This document shows positions 9,477-18,749 of a DNA stretch of 64,000 nucleotides, one piece after another. The notes beneath the pieces are model-generated. The model had not been told where the DNA came from. It searched no databases and saw only the letters and a list, made by a program, of their open reading frames with translations. The position numbers and the translations under genes were made by a program. Origin of the DNA: a virus. Position 1 is the stretch's first letter, and each line of letters begins with the position of its first letter. The DNA is taken from the IMG/VR virus record IMGVR_UViG_3300025917_000002, positions 9,769 through 73,768 of that record, one strand, 5' to 3'.

Positions 9477-11005
9477 TCTGTAACCTCCATCTCAACCGGC
9501 GTTCTCAACCGATAAAGCCCTGACCCAACCGGATCATCCGCAATCGCCCCCGGCCCAAAGCAGATGTCCACGAATACGCAGGAGCCGCCATAGTCGTGGT
9601 CACAGGCCCCGCGTGTCTGCCTGAACTTCCTGTTCAGCACCGACCGCCGCCCGTCCTCACTAGCTTGCCCAAGCAACGCCAGTCCCTCAACGACCTCTTG
9701 CTCCTGTGCCGTCACCTGCTCGATCCAGTCCTCAACCTCGGTCTGGTTCCTGAAGTAAGGCTCGGGGTTTATAAAGAACGTGGGCAACGGCATCGACGGC
9801 TGAACGTCCCCGCTGAGCAGCAGCGCGACCCACTCTTTCATCGGCATGTGCTCCCAGACGTTGCACTGCGACCAGCTCGTCCCGATGTTGTGCCGCTTGC
9901 CCCCCTCGCAAAGCACAGCTTTGCCGCTCTTGAGCGTCCGGCCCGTCTCGTGCGGAAGCTCACAGTCATACCAGTAGGTATGGGCGTATTGCTTCTCGCC
10001 GAGTAAGCCCGCGTCGATGGACCAGGGGTGGAGCAGCGCGGATTTGATCCGGTAGACGTTGAGCTTTTCGTCGAGTTCCCGGCGACCTTTGAGGAGGTAG
10101 GTCATTTGGGTTCCGTCGATCCGTAGGGGCGTGGGCTCCACGTTCTCATCGTCGGTGCTGTTTAGCTCCCACTGCTGCCGCAACCGCTCCTCAATACAAA
10201 CCATCTCACTGATCCCCTGAACATCATGCCGCCCGCTGTCATCCCGCCGCTTGTCCCAAGAGTTTGCGGTCTTGAGCGACCAGACGTACAAGCCGCCGTC
10301 GCTTCGCTTGCGGAGAAGGGCGTCTGCGCGGGAGCGGAGGGTGATGCCACCGATGAAGTCAGTACCATCACAAGCTCGGCAGAACTCCAACTCAGCTCCA
10401 GATGCCGCCCGTTGTTCTGCCGCAGCGTGGTAAGGGCACGGCTTGGCTGCAACCAGCTCCTTAAAATCCCACCGCTCAACCTCCAGCACTTCATACTCGC
10501 GCAGGAGCCAAGGGAGCCCGTCCGGGTGAGCCGCCCACAGCCGAAGCAGCCCCTCGATCAACGCGGCGTGCTCATCGTGTATGAACTGCATAGACTCGTT
10601 TACGGTCGCGTCTACTTCGTGGGTCTGGTAGGCTTGCTCGAACTCCGCGAGTGCGGCGGCTACGGCGATGTCGATTGGTTCCTTGTGGCTGATCCCACCA
10701 ACATATATAGGAGGTAGGGCAGCGCCTTTACACTTGGGGCAAGTACCACCACCCTGAGTTTCTGGAACAGGCTCACCTTGGCATAGATCACAGATCAACA
10801 TAAGCTGTGGATCATCCAACGCAATCCCAAGCTGGTCAATCTTCAACAGAACCTCAACCCCCCAGTGGATCGCGCTCCCTACCACAAGGGGTAGTGAGAG
10901 GCGAGAACTCTCTAATCCTCTGCCCTCGTACTCAGACCCCAGAAACCGCTTTCGGGCGCACGTCTGAAATTGTTCCACGCGGCTCCGCGAAGTAAAGTAA
11001 GTCAT
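9473..11005 (-). CDS. PD-(D/E)XK / Cas4-like phage exonuclease
   Basis: N-terminal SRSR..FQTCARK, GSAIH, RADALL...WSLKTA and C-terminal Cys cluster; extra CxxC insertions. Confidence 0.75.
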   Translation of the reverse strand: MTYFTSRSRVEQFQTCARKRFLGSEYEGRGLESSRLSLPLVVGSAIHWGVEVLLKIDQLGIALDDPQLMLICDLCQGEPVPETQGGGTCPKCKGAALPPIYVGGISHKEPIDIAVAAALAEFEQAYQTHEVDATVNESMQFIHDEHAALIEGLLRLWAAHPDGLPWLLREYEVLEVERWDFKELVAAKPCPYHAAAEQRAASGAELEFCRACDGTDFIGGITLRSRADALLRKRSDGGLYVWSLKTANSWDKRRDDSGRHDVQGISEMVCIEERLRQQWELNSTDDENVEPTPLRIDGTQMTYLLKGRRELDEKLNVYRIKSALLHPWSIDAGLLGEKQYAHTYWYDCELPHETGRTLKSGKAVLCEGGKRHNIGTSWSQCNVWEHMPMKEWVALLLSGDVQPSMPLPTFFINPEPYFRNQTEVEDWIEQVTAQEQEVVEGLALLGQASEDGRRSVLNRKFRQTRGACDHDYGGSCVFVDICFGPGAIADDPVGSGLYRLRTPVEMEVTE

Positions 11006-11166
11006 CTTTTCACCTTCGGCTTCTCATCCCACTTGTAGCTCTTGCACCTCGGGCAGACCCGTGGCCGCGCTAGCAAGCTGCGCCACTTGTGCCCACAGCC
11101 GGGGCGCTTGCAGGAATGGTTCCAGCCCATAATATCCAGTAATGCGTTGCTTGCTGTTTTCCTCAT
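11002..11166 (-). CDS. small zinc-ribbon protein (CxxxxC-x3-W...P-x2-CPxC-x-S-x2-W)
   Basis: ATG at 11166 just downstream of a sigma70 promoter; paralog at 25513..25656. Confidence 0.7.
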   Translation of the reverse strand: MRKTASNALLDIMGWNHSCKRPGCGHKWRSLLARPRVCPRCKSYKWDEKPKVKR

Positions 11167-11176
11167 TGCGGGGGTG

Positions 11177-11205
11177 ATACTACTACTACTACTACTACCT
11201 GTCAA
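11177..11205 (-). promoter_or_regulatory. sigma70-type promoter
   Basis: TTGACA-17-TAGTAT; spacer made of GTA repeats. Confidence 0.7.
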
Positions 11206-11262
11206 GCGAAAAACACGAGCGAACGAAAATAGTTTGGAAATCGTTACGAAAGGTTCCGCCGG

Positions 11263-11685
11263 TCAACCAAGCACAATAACCTCTCCCGGTTTCCCAAGCC
11301 GCTTCGCCGTCTTAACCGTCCAGCATCCACCACTCTTGACGTGGCTGTTGGTCCCACAGTGGTAGCAGAGATCGAACTTCATCCCCCGGTAGCTCGGGGG
11401 CAGTTCTCGCACGGTGATGCAAACCGTCTTATCGCTGTTCCGCGCGATCAGAATGTTCCGCGCCTTATATCCTTCCCAGTTCCGCCGAGCTGGCGGATAC
11501 TCCACGAACTCAAGCCCGAGCTTCTTGGCTTCCTCGGCTGCCCAGATGTCGATCCCTCCAAGGTGATAAGCGCCACTCACCACAACATCACCAGGACTGA
11601 GCAGCGAGCGGATTGCCACTCTCGCTAGCGCCTCGGTTTCAGCCGTGAACTTTGCAGCTTCCGATCCGACTATTCCGATCTTCAT
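11263..11685 (-). CDS. SLOG/YspA-like nucleotide-binding protein
   Basis: MKIGIVGS, VVVSGA...GIDIWA, ARNILIARNSD. Confidence 0.7.
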   Translation of the reverse strand: MKIGIVGSEAAKFTAETEALARVAIRSLLSPGDVVVSGAYHLGGIDIWAAEEAKKLGLEFVEYPPARRNWEGYKARNILIARNSDKTVCITVRELPPSYRGMKFDLCYHCGTNSHVKSGGCWTVKTAKRLGKPGEVIVLG

Positions 11686-11690
11686 ACAGT

Positions 11691-11829
11691 GTTACCTTTC
11701 TACACAATCGTTACCTTTCTACACGCTTCCGACACTTGTGAAGTGTCGGGATGCATGATCTTGGCAACTGATTTTCCCATGAGGCTGATTACTAATTTAC
11801 CTGCCCGGAAGTGTCGGAAGTGTCGGAAG
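11691..11829. repeat. direct/inverted repeat cluster, putative replication origin
   Basis: GTTACCTTTCTACAC x2; inverted pair TCCGACACTT/AAGTGTCGG; tandem GGAAGTGTC at the helicase 3' end. Confidence 0.5.
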
Positions 11830-13165
11830 ACTCATAAGAGAGTAACCGTAATCCTACCCAAAAACGCTCTTTGGCTTCCCCCCACGTGACTTGGTTAAAC
11901 CCTTTATCCTTTAGCTTTTGAGAGAAGCTCTTACGCCCCAAATGCCACTTGTCATCATTGATTTTGCACCACGCCAGATAGGCCAACCAAATGTCCGTGT
12001 TCCGACACTTCGCGTCCGTTTCCACGCTAACGCAATCCTCGAAAAATTCGGTCAACGCATCCTGCTCAAGTCTATATTTTGCAGTCTCTTCCACCACCAT
12101 TTGAGGGGTCTGTAGACCATGCTCGTACCAAGCCCTTGCCCCCTGTACCACCCAAGCGAGCACAGCAGGTAATTCTTGCAACAACTTACACATCAATTTC
12201 TGATCTTGTTTCTCAGGTGGAATGGGTGGTCCGAGCGTTATCAGCCTGATCCTACGCCAGAATCCGTGCGTGTCGTCCGTTGACCGAGGCTTATGGTTGA
12301 AATTGAGCCAGAATTTCCCTTGGGGTTTGAAGCTGAAATACTCCTTGTTCAAGAACCGCGCCGTTACCTTATGATCCCCGGTCAAGCTCTTGATCCGGCC
12401 CTCATTGAGTCTCATATTTTCTTGAGTCTCACTGGCTACAATGAACCGCCGCCCCGCAAGAGCCGCTACGTCATTCGAGATCGCGGATCGACTGGCATAC
12501 TCGATGGTTGAAAAGGGCATCGTGTATGAGTAAGGCAACAACGCGGCTCCGATCGTATCCATCAACGTAGACTTCCCGTTGGCTCCATTTCCGAATAGCA
12601 TGAACAAACATTGCTCACTCGTTTCTCCGGTGATCGAGTAGCCAACCGCCGTCTGGAAGTAGTGGATCATGTCCATCGGCCCTAAGATGTCACTCACCAC
12701 TTGAGCCCATAAGTCACTTCTCGCCTCCTGGTTATAATCAAGCTCAACGTGCATCGTGATTTTGTGCTCTTGCTTACCTTCTATCATCTTCCCGGTTCTC
12801 AGGTCCACAACCCCATTAGCAACCCCCAACAAATGTGGGATCGAATCCCAGTTCTGGCCCTTGTCCGCCAGTTTCTTGTTGGAAGCGGCTAGATCAATCA
12901 TCGCCTGGAGCTTGGTCTTGTGCTCACTAATCAACGTCCACTTGATCTCTTTAGATCGCGCATCCATCTCCATGCTTTCAGCCAGCAGCCGCCGTTGCTG
13001 AATCGCCTTTTGTGCAAGGCGCATAACTGCGCCATCAGAATCCGGTGCCCACCAATGCTTCTCCCATATGAGCCACCGCTTTTGCCCGTGATCGTATCGT
13101 AGTTTGTTTTTGTAAAAGTCTGCGAAGAATGAAGCGTTGCCAGCTTCGGTCTGATTGTATGCCAC
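11792..13165 (-). CDS. SF3 helicase, P4/D5 primase-helicase C-terminal type
   Basis: D5_N (TEAGNA..F), LLGVANGVVDLRTG, Walker A GNGANGKST, ASET, motif C NHKP, DDTHGFWRR. Confidence 0.92.
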   Translation of the reverse strand: MAYNQTEAGNASFFADFYKNKLRYDHGQKRWLIWEKHWWAPDSDGAVMRLAQKAIQQRRLLAESMEMDARSKEIKWTLISEHKTKLQAMIDLAASNKKLADKGQNWDSIPHLLGVANGVVDLRTGKMIEGKQEHKITMHVELDYNQEARSDLWAQVVSDILGPMDMIHYFQTAVGYSITGETSEQCLFMLFGNGANGKSTLMDTIGAALLPYSYTMPFSTIEYASRSAISNDVAALAGRRFIVASETQENMRLNEGRIKSLTGDHKVTARFLNKEYFSFKPQGKFWLNFNHKPRSTDDTHGFWRRIRLITLGPPIPPEKQDQKLMCKLLQELPAVLAWVVQGARAWYEHGLQTPQMVVEETAKYRLEQDALTEFFEDCVSVETDAKCRNTDIWLAYLAWCKINDDKWHLGRKSFSQKLKDKGFNQVTWGEAKERFWVGLRLLSYESSDTSDTSGQVN

Positions 13166-13703
13166 GTAGTACCCCCACCAAGTGAAAACTCGACTTGCTC
13201 AGCCGTCACAACCCGATCCCGCAAGCTGTAAAAAATCCGCTGGTGAAGACCCGAGAGAAAAGGGAAAAGGCTAGGAAAGCAGCCCCGTCGAACAACTTCC
13301 TAGCCTCAGAGTTTTCACTGTGGGATGCTTTACTTGGTGAGTATACTACCATCCCCAAAGTGGTTCAACAAAAATAACCGTCACCAAAAGCTACGAACCA
13401 CGGTGCGGTCGCACGTCTCGTAGGTGCAAAGGCGGCCCTAGCCGTTCCTGCCCAGCTAGAGCCGCCCGGCCCGCCAGCGGAGGGTTGAAGTACGCCAGCG
13501 GGTTTCTCGTTCGCGGCAGCTACTTGAGCCGCCGCTGAATCATCTCCGCGACTTCCCGCCAATCATCCCCTATGATGATCCCATCAAGCCGGAGTAACCG
13601 CTCGTTCTCGACCTCGCGCGCCGGTCCATCCCCGAGCTGCGCTCGCCAGTACGCCATCTGCCCGGTCAGCGCCAGCTCGTGCTCTGCGTCACTGTTGCAA
13701 CAT

Positions 13704-14021
13704 TCACACATCTTGCTGGCCCTCCTCTACTTTGGCAATTACCGCCGTCATTATCGCAAACAGTCTGCCAACTTCTGGAAACCGCGGCCAGTCAGGCACA
13801 TCTTGACGAAATGCCACACAGAAACCTATAGCGTCCTTACACGCCGCCAGTAACTCAGGAGCCGCAGCGTAAACTGGGAAGTCGTCTATGTGCGCTTCAA
13901 ATGAATGCTGGTTGTCGCAGGCGAACCGAACGCCGTTGATTTCAAATTGGCTCGGACGCCCGACCTCTTGGCACATGTCACATTCACCCGGCGTATGCCC
14001 TGTTTTCTTCTCTGTCGTCAT
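13704..14021 (-). CDS. HTPG..AAAPELL family phage protein
   Basis: GHTPG and AAAPELLAACK motifs; paralog of 15702..16073. Confidence 0.65.
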   Translation of the reverse strand: MTTEKKTGHTPGECDMCQEVGRPSQFEINGVRFACDNQHSFEAHIDDFPVYAAAPELLAACKDAIGFCVAFRQDVPDWPRFPEVGRLFAIMTAVIAKVEEGQQDV

Positions 14022-14032
14022 CGTTCAACCCC

Positions 14033-14215
14033 CTACCGGCTATGATCCGGCTCGTTGTCCAGCTCCTCTATCTCAATGGTGAACTTGTCCCATCCACCAT
14101 AGAGCATCCCGGCAATATGCAAGAGCGAGTTGTTCATCTCCTGCACGTTTCGTGCAACCTCGTGTCTCTCAACTTTCCCGGTTGGGTTCACGCCCTTTAT
14201 GCTTATCGCTTTCAT
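14033..14215 (-). CDS. hypothetical protein
   Basis: Start motif present. Confidence 0.65.
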   Translation of the reverse strand: MKAISIKGVNPTGKVERHEVARNVQEMNNSLLHIAGMLYGGWDKFTIEIEELDNEPDHSR

Positions 14216-14352
14216 CGTTCAACCCCCTCCAACCGCCGCAACGGCGCAGCTGTCGATAGCCTCTTGCTGGTCCACCAGAACAGCACGAACCCGAACAGCT
14301 TTAGTTCGTGCCTCTCCCAGATCACGCCATCTTCAATCGGTCGTCGCCGCAT
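14212..14352 (-). CDS. 46-aa hypothetical protein (not in ORF track)
   Basis: GGAGGT SD; MRRRPIEDGVIWERHELKLFGFVLFWW...; ATGA overlap with next gene. Confidence 0.5.
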   Translation of the reverse strand: MRRRPIEDGVIWERHELKLFGFVLFWWTSKRLSTAAPLRRLEGVER

Positions 14353-14528
14353 GTGCCACCTCCATTTTGAGCCGCTCTACATAATCAAGCAGCAAATCAA
14401 ACACAACCGGCTCAAAGGTAAATCTCGTCAGTCGCGCGCACGCCATTCTCAGCGGTTAGCACCACATTGAATCCGTCGTACCGCGCGTAAACGCCATCAC
14501 CCAGGTAGACTTTCTCGTTGGTGTTCAT
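14333..14528 (-). CDS. YLGDGVY-family phage protein with +1 frameshift at CTT-TGA
   Basis: MNTNEKVYLGDGVY...DEIYL-TGA; the +1 frame continues EPVVFDLLLDYVERLK...*. Confidence 0.55.
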
Positions 14529-14532
14529 CGTG

Positions 14533-14757
14533 TTAGTCCTCCCCAAAAATGCTATCCTGGCACTTCTGGCAAAGCCCCGAGATAGTATACTCACGCCGGG
14601 AAATCTCGTTCCGAAACTCCTCCGCGATCCCCTCACGCCCACAACCAATCGGCGGTGGTACACAACAATCATTCTGGATCAGCTCACGCCGGTCGTGTCC
14701 GAATATCTCTTTAATGGATTGCTCCATCGCTTCGCTTTTCTCACTTGGTTTCGCCAT
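14533..14757 (-). CDS. small zinc-binding phage protein
   Basis: FRNEISRREYTISGLCQKCQD; start motif. Confidence 0.75.
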   Translation of the reverse strand: MAKPSEKSEAMEQSIKEIFGHDRRELIQNDCCVPPPIGCGREGIAEEFRNEISRREYTISGLCQKCQDSIFGED

Positions 14758-15174
14758 AGCTTCAACCCTCCAAAGTGGCTCCTGTAGCCGGTTGCGGGGC
14801 TTTCGCCCCTTCTGTTATCAGGTTCCCCAACCATTCCACCACAGCAACAAAACCACGCCCCACAGTATCAACTGAATCAAGCAAACGGGAATGTAGAAGA
14901 ACACCAACAGCCTATCTTCTATGCGTTGCCTGAATGCCGCACGCCTTTCGCGCTGCTTGCGAGCCTCATGGTTATGTTGTGCAATCCAATCTGGTGTGTA
15001 TGTCATTGGTTGTTATCTCCCGTCACTGAATGGACAGCGGCACAATCGACCCATCCCACCTTACCCTCCGTGGCATACAACCATGCTCCTCAAGCTCCCG
15101 TTGCAGCTCCTCGAACGTTAGCCAGTCGGGGAAAACGAGATCAGCGTTACACGCGCAACAAGTCATTTCGATCA

Positions 15175-15677
15175 TCATTCACTCCCATATTTCTCGTTAG
15201 CCAGATAGATCACGTCCTCAACCGTTGGCTCAACAAGATGCTCTACAACCTCGTGATACCGCATAACATCCTCATGCCACTGTTCACCGTCGAACCACAC
15301 GTAACCGCAAAAGTTATAGGCGGCGTGCTGGGCATATAGCGTTTGGTCTGCGCGTAGCTGCTCGACAACAGTTGCATCTAGCGCATGGTCGAAGTTACTG
15401 TAAACCGAGTCATCGGTTTCGTTTTGTGGCCGCTCTTGCGCTTTCATAAGAAAACCCCCTCCAACGTCAACACCGGGTTATTTCCGTTGTCCTCGTAGTC
15501 CATCGCCCGTACAACCCGGTCCTCGTTCTCATCAAGCCACAGTGCGGCATCGCGTAAGCAGTCGGCGGCGTTGTACCTGATGAAGTGTTTGGACCATTCC
15601 CGCTCGTTCCCCGGTGTCTGATTCGTACTGACACCGGGAGGCATATTTTCCCGCTCGTTCCCCGGTGTTCCATTCAC
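15175..15677 (-). CDS. two hypothetical ORFs (15175..15447, 15444..15677)
   Basis: ATGA coupling; the second has an internal ~20-bp duplication (TPGNERE x2). Confidence 0.55.
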
Positions 15678-15701
15678 CTTTTGGTAGCCCGTTTCGCTCG
15701 C

Positions 15702-16073
15702 TCATCGTGTCACCTCCGCTTTCGCAATCGCAGCTTCGGCTTGCTGTATTACCGGCGCATACCCGGCCTCGTTGTTCTCTCGTTCTGCAACGTGATATAG
15801 CACATCGAGGCAAGACTTGAGCGCAGCCAGCATATCAGGCGCAGCCGCTATGAGCTGGGCATTTGCATACTCCTCCGATTGCTCGTCGGCCACGTCTGGA
15901 ATATCCGCCAAGCGAATCTTACAATCAAACTCTTTCGAGTAAGCTGATATAGATACCACCGGCTCAAACGTGTGACCACGTTCGGCATCCGGGAAGACTG
16001 CATCAACTGACCACGGCCCCGGCGTGTGCCCTTGCTCCCGCTCAACCTGACTCCCAACTTTATGCATACTCAT
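15702..16073 (-). CDS. HTPGPW..ANA.LIAAAPD family phage protein
   Basis: GHTPGPWSV, ANAQLIAAAPDMLAAL. Confidence 0.75.
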   Translation of the reverse strand: MSMHKVGSQVEREQGHTPGPWSVDAVFPDAERGHTFEPVVSISAYSKEFDCKIRLADIPDVADEQSEEYANAQLIAAAPDMLAALKSCLDVLYHVAERENNEAGYAPVIQQAEAAIAKAEVTR

Positions 16074-16276
16074 CTTGCATCCTCCGCAATCCTGTCCTCC
16101 ATTGAGCGAACCTCAATGCTGTCCGGGTCTATTTTCTCAAGCTCTGCGTACTCCTCGGGGCTGCCAAACCTATTGCTATCGTCTCGACAATCCCCGTCGA
16201 AATCCCACGGATGATAGCAATCGCATATGCCACATTCGTAGAGTATGGTCTTGCTGTCTATGGTCCTAGTGCCCAT
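16070..16276 (-). CDS. small zinc-binding protein
   Basis: YECGICDCYHP..GDCRDD; start motif. Confidence 0.7.
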   Translation of the reverse strand: MGTRTIDSKTILYECGICDCYHPWDFDGDCRDDSNRFGSPEEYAELEKIDPDSIEVRSMEDRIAEDAR

Positions 16277-16325
16277 CGTTCAACCCTCCCCCGGCTCCCG
16301 CCGGTTCGCGCGGTCTTTCAGCGCC

Positions 16326-16487
16326 TCAGCTCAATTCACTACAGAAGGACTCAGTATCAATCGGAAACTCATCAACCGTGTCTAAGCCGTCAAGGTATAA
16401 CTGGTCGTAGGCGTCCTGCTCATCCTCCGCCTCGACATGGTAAACCTTCACCTTGCGTTCAATTTCTCGTATCTCAAATATAGGCAT
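16326..16487 (-). CDS. 53-aa acidic protein (not in ORF track)
   Basis: MPIFEIREIERKVKVYHVEAEDEQDAY...; start motif; flanked by 18-bp direct repeats. Confidence 0.7.
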   Translation of the reverse strand: MPIFEIREIERKVKVYHVEAEDEQDAYDQLYLDGLDTVDEFPIDTESFCSELS

Positions 16488-16866
16488 CGCCTCAACCCTC
16501 CGCGCAGTCTTTCAGCGCATCCCCTCCGTTTGTGGTTCGTGGGCCACCGTGCGGCCAACCGTTCGATCTAGCAGCTACGCTTTGCCCCGTATCTCCGCAC
16601 GTGGCTGCCGTTCCCACTTCAACCCAGCCCACGGTATCAACCGGCCCGATAAAACGCTTTAAAACGGCGCGTAGCGCGTTTTCGGTTGGTTCAACCCCCT
16701 CAAACTTTGTAATCGTCTTGATAGCCTGTCATCGTCCAACCCTCCATTTTCCAGCAGTCAAAAGCAAACAGAACGCACGCGAGCACAAGGCCCGCAAACG
16801 CGCAGCCGGCCTTCCAGACCAGCTCTGCAATGAATGGATCAACTTGAATCATTTCGTTCATATCCG

Positions 16867-17433
16867 CTACTCCCCAAAGTAGAAACACCTTGCATACGCC
16901 AACAGCGCCTCTTGAATCCCCGGCTCATAATACTGTGTCCACGGAGTCCCCCAGTCTTGGTGCTCTAGCCAAGCTCTATGAGGCTCCAAGTGTTCGTCAA
17001 GCTCGCCCATGATCCTGCAAGCGGGACCGCCGGTGCATAGCAGAATGCAGAACTGAGCCGGTCTGGTATCAGCGTCGCTCGATCCTGGCGAGTACCAGTC
17101 AGAGCGGACCTCTACGCTTAGCGCGTCCTCCTCGATTGCTTGCCGCGCTTCATCCTCATCGAACGCGAAACCGTCCGGCTCGATCATTCCACGCTCGATT
17201 TGCTCCCCAACCATTTCTCGCAGGGTGTCTATATCGTCTTCGGTATAGTCCTCAACCACAGACTCAATCCCTGCGTCCTCTGTGAGTATTTCCACACATT
17301 GTATGTAGGTTAGCTCAGCCGTATAGACGCCAATCGCCCCTTCTCGATCCAGCTTAGCTACCATCTCCCGAATAGACTCAAGCTGCGCCTTTGCTTGCTC
17401 CTCACTCCGTTCATCTTTCGTTTGTGCAGTCAT
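16867..17433 (-). CDS. conserved-looking acidic phage protein
   Basis: LSVEVRSDW, ILLCTGGPACRI, QDWGTPW; start motif. Confidence 0.8.
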   Translation of the reverse strand: MTAQTKDERSEEQAKAQLESIREMVAKLDREGAIGVYTAELTYIQCVEILTEDAGIESVVEDYTEDDIDTLREMVGEQIERGMIEPDGFAFDEDEARQAIEEDALSVEVRSDWYSPGSSDADTRPAQFCILLCTGGPACRIMGELDEHLEPHRAWLEHQDWGTPWTQYYEPGIQEALLAYARCFYFGE

Positions 17434-17463
17434 CTTTCAACCCTCCAACCCTCAAATTTTGGA

Positions 17464-17559
17464 TTGACGCCCGGCAGGATTTGAACCTACGAAGCCTAGC
17501 GACATAACACAGTTGTGCCCGTCTCGCGTAGGACTTTGACCAATTTCACAGAGCGTCAA
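17464..17559 (-). ncRNA. tRNA-like element / degenerate tRNA
   Basis: Closing stem TTGACGCTC/GGGCGTCAA; D-loop-like GTGAAATTGGTC; T-arm GTAGG-TTCAAAT-CCTGC; anticodon arm replaced by a longer hairpin. Confidence 0.55.
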
Positions 17560-17632
17560 GATGCCCGCGCTCATCTCGGGCAAAAAGCTGGAAGCGGGCT
17601 TTGTGGATCAACCCGCTAGAACCCTTTCTCAA

Positions 17633-18277
17633 CTACAGCGCCAAGCACTGATTCAACTTCTGCTGCTGTTCTACCTCATAGCTCAAGTGACTCTTGAGCG
17701 CGTCCTTTGCCTCTTGCTGCGCATATTCCCCGCCAATAAATCCCCAGCAAGAATCAACGTGGTTGCCGTCCTCATCCTCAATCACATACCCGTATACATC
17801 CCCCCTCAGATACCTGTCATACTCCTCAATCTCCTCTGTCGAAGTATGCTCTAGCCATTTCTCAGCCGTCCCTTTGAAGCTCTTCGGCTTATAGGGCCAG
17901 CTCCCGCACAACTCCTCAAACCGTTTCTTGGTCACATAGGCGAATCCAACCGTGCCACTATCCCAACCGGCTGCGTCTGACCAATGACTCCCCCCGCCAA
18001 CCCAAATGGTAACGCCCGAATGATCCAGCATCCCTATCGGCTGAACCCATAGCACGTCCTCAAACCGTCTCAGATACCGGGCCAGCAGCTTGAATCCTCC
18101 ACGCCGTAGCGCGTCAAGCTCAACATCGCTCGCTTTGCGGTCCCCCAGCTCATAACGTCGATGCCAGTCCACAATAACCGTGAGGTTATCATTCTCACGT
18201 GGGCTCATCGCGTCCTCATCTTGATACAACTTCACGGTGTATCCGTCTTGCTCAAACTCCTCAACTGGATTATCCAT
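17633..18277 (-). CDS. conserved phage/mobile-element protein
   Basis: SPRENDNL, DHSG, WDSGTVGF, YLRGDVYGY, DSCWGFIG; start motif. Confidence 0.8.
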   Translation of the reverse strand: MDNPVEEFEQDGYTVKLYQDEDAMSPRENDNLTVIVDWHRRYELGDRKASDVELDALRRGGFKLLARYLRRFEDVLWVQPIGMLDHSGVTIWVGGGSHWSDAAGWDSGTVGFAYVTKKRFEELCGSWPYKPKSFKGTAEKWLEHTSTEEIEEYDRYLRGDVYGYVIEDEDGNHVDSCWGFIGGEYAQQEAKDALKSHLSYEVEQQQKLNQCLAL

Positions 18278-18310
18278 TTTCTCAACCCTCCCCTTTCAAA
18301 TTTCGGTCAA

Positions 18311-18724
18311 CTACTCAACAATGAACTTGCCCTTACCGCTCCCACCGTCCACAAGCTCATATTCCAACATCGCCAGCTCATCTGTGTGGTCAGCAGCCCA
18401 GCAAGTGACTGGTCCTGGGAATAGGTCCGAATTCTCCCCTTGTGACCAATCGCCCGTTTTATGTAGCGCGTAGTTTGCAGACTCCCCAGCCGCGCTTAGA
18501 AAGCTCAAGAGGCTTTCTAGTCCTTCTTGTAAGCTCCCACCTTGGCAACCCGAGCACAGGTCATTCCCGCTAAACTCTTGACCGTCCGCAAGGTCCACAT
18601 ACCAGCGGTACTGCGTCCGCCCTTCACTAGTCCGCCCATCATACTCAATCGCCAAGGTTGCATCGCCAACCCGCACACCCGGCAGCAACCTGCTAGTTAT
18701 CATCACTGGTGTTCTCAGTTGCAT
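18311..18724 (-). CDS. hypothetical protein
   Basis: Likely start MQLRTP at 18724 after the start motif. Confidence 0.75.
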   Translation of the reverse strand: MQLRTPVMITSRLLPGVRVGDATLAIEYDGRTSEGRTQYRWYVDLADGQEFSGNDLCSGCQGGSLQEGLESLLSFLSAAGESANYALHKTGDWSQGENSDLFPGPVTCWAADHTDELAMLEYELVDGGSGKGKFIVE

Positions 18725-18749
18725 TTTCTCAACCCTCCAACCTAGAAAT

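Larger units (their letters stand above)
14019..18738 (-). repeat. dispersed start-associated motif G(G/T)AGGG(GG)TTGA-N3-4-ATG (about 9 copies)
   Basis: Precedes ATGs at 14021, 14215, 14757, 16276, 16487, 16732 (variant), 17433, 18277, 18724. Confidence 0.8.

Noticed and set aside
9473-11005. Cas4-like nuclease as evidence of a CRISPR system
   Set aside because: It sits in the usual exonuclease-ATPase-SSB recombination module, and there is no array.
15598-15668. ~20-bp direct repeat (TPGNERE x2)
   Set aside because: A local in-gene duplication with only two copies.
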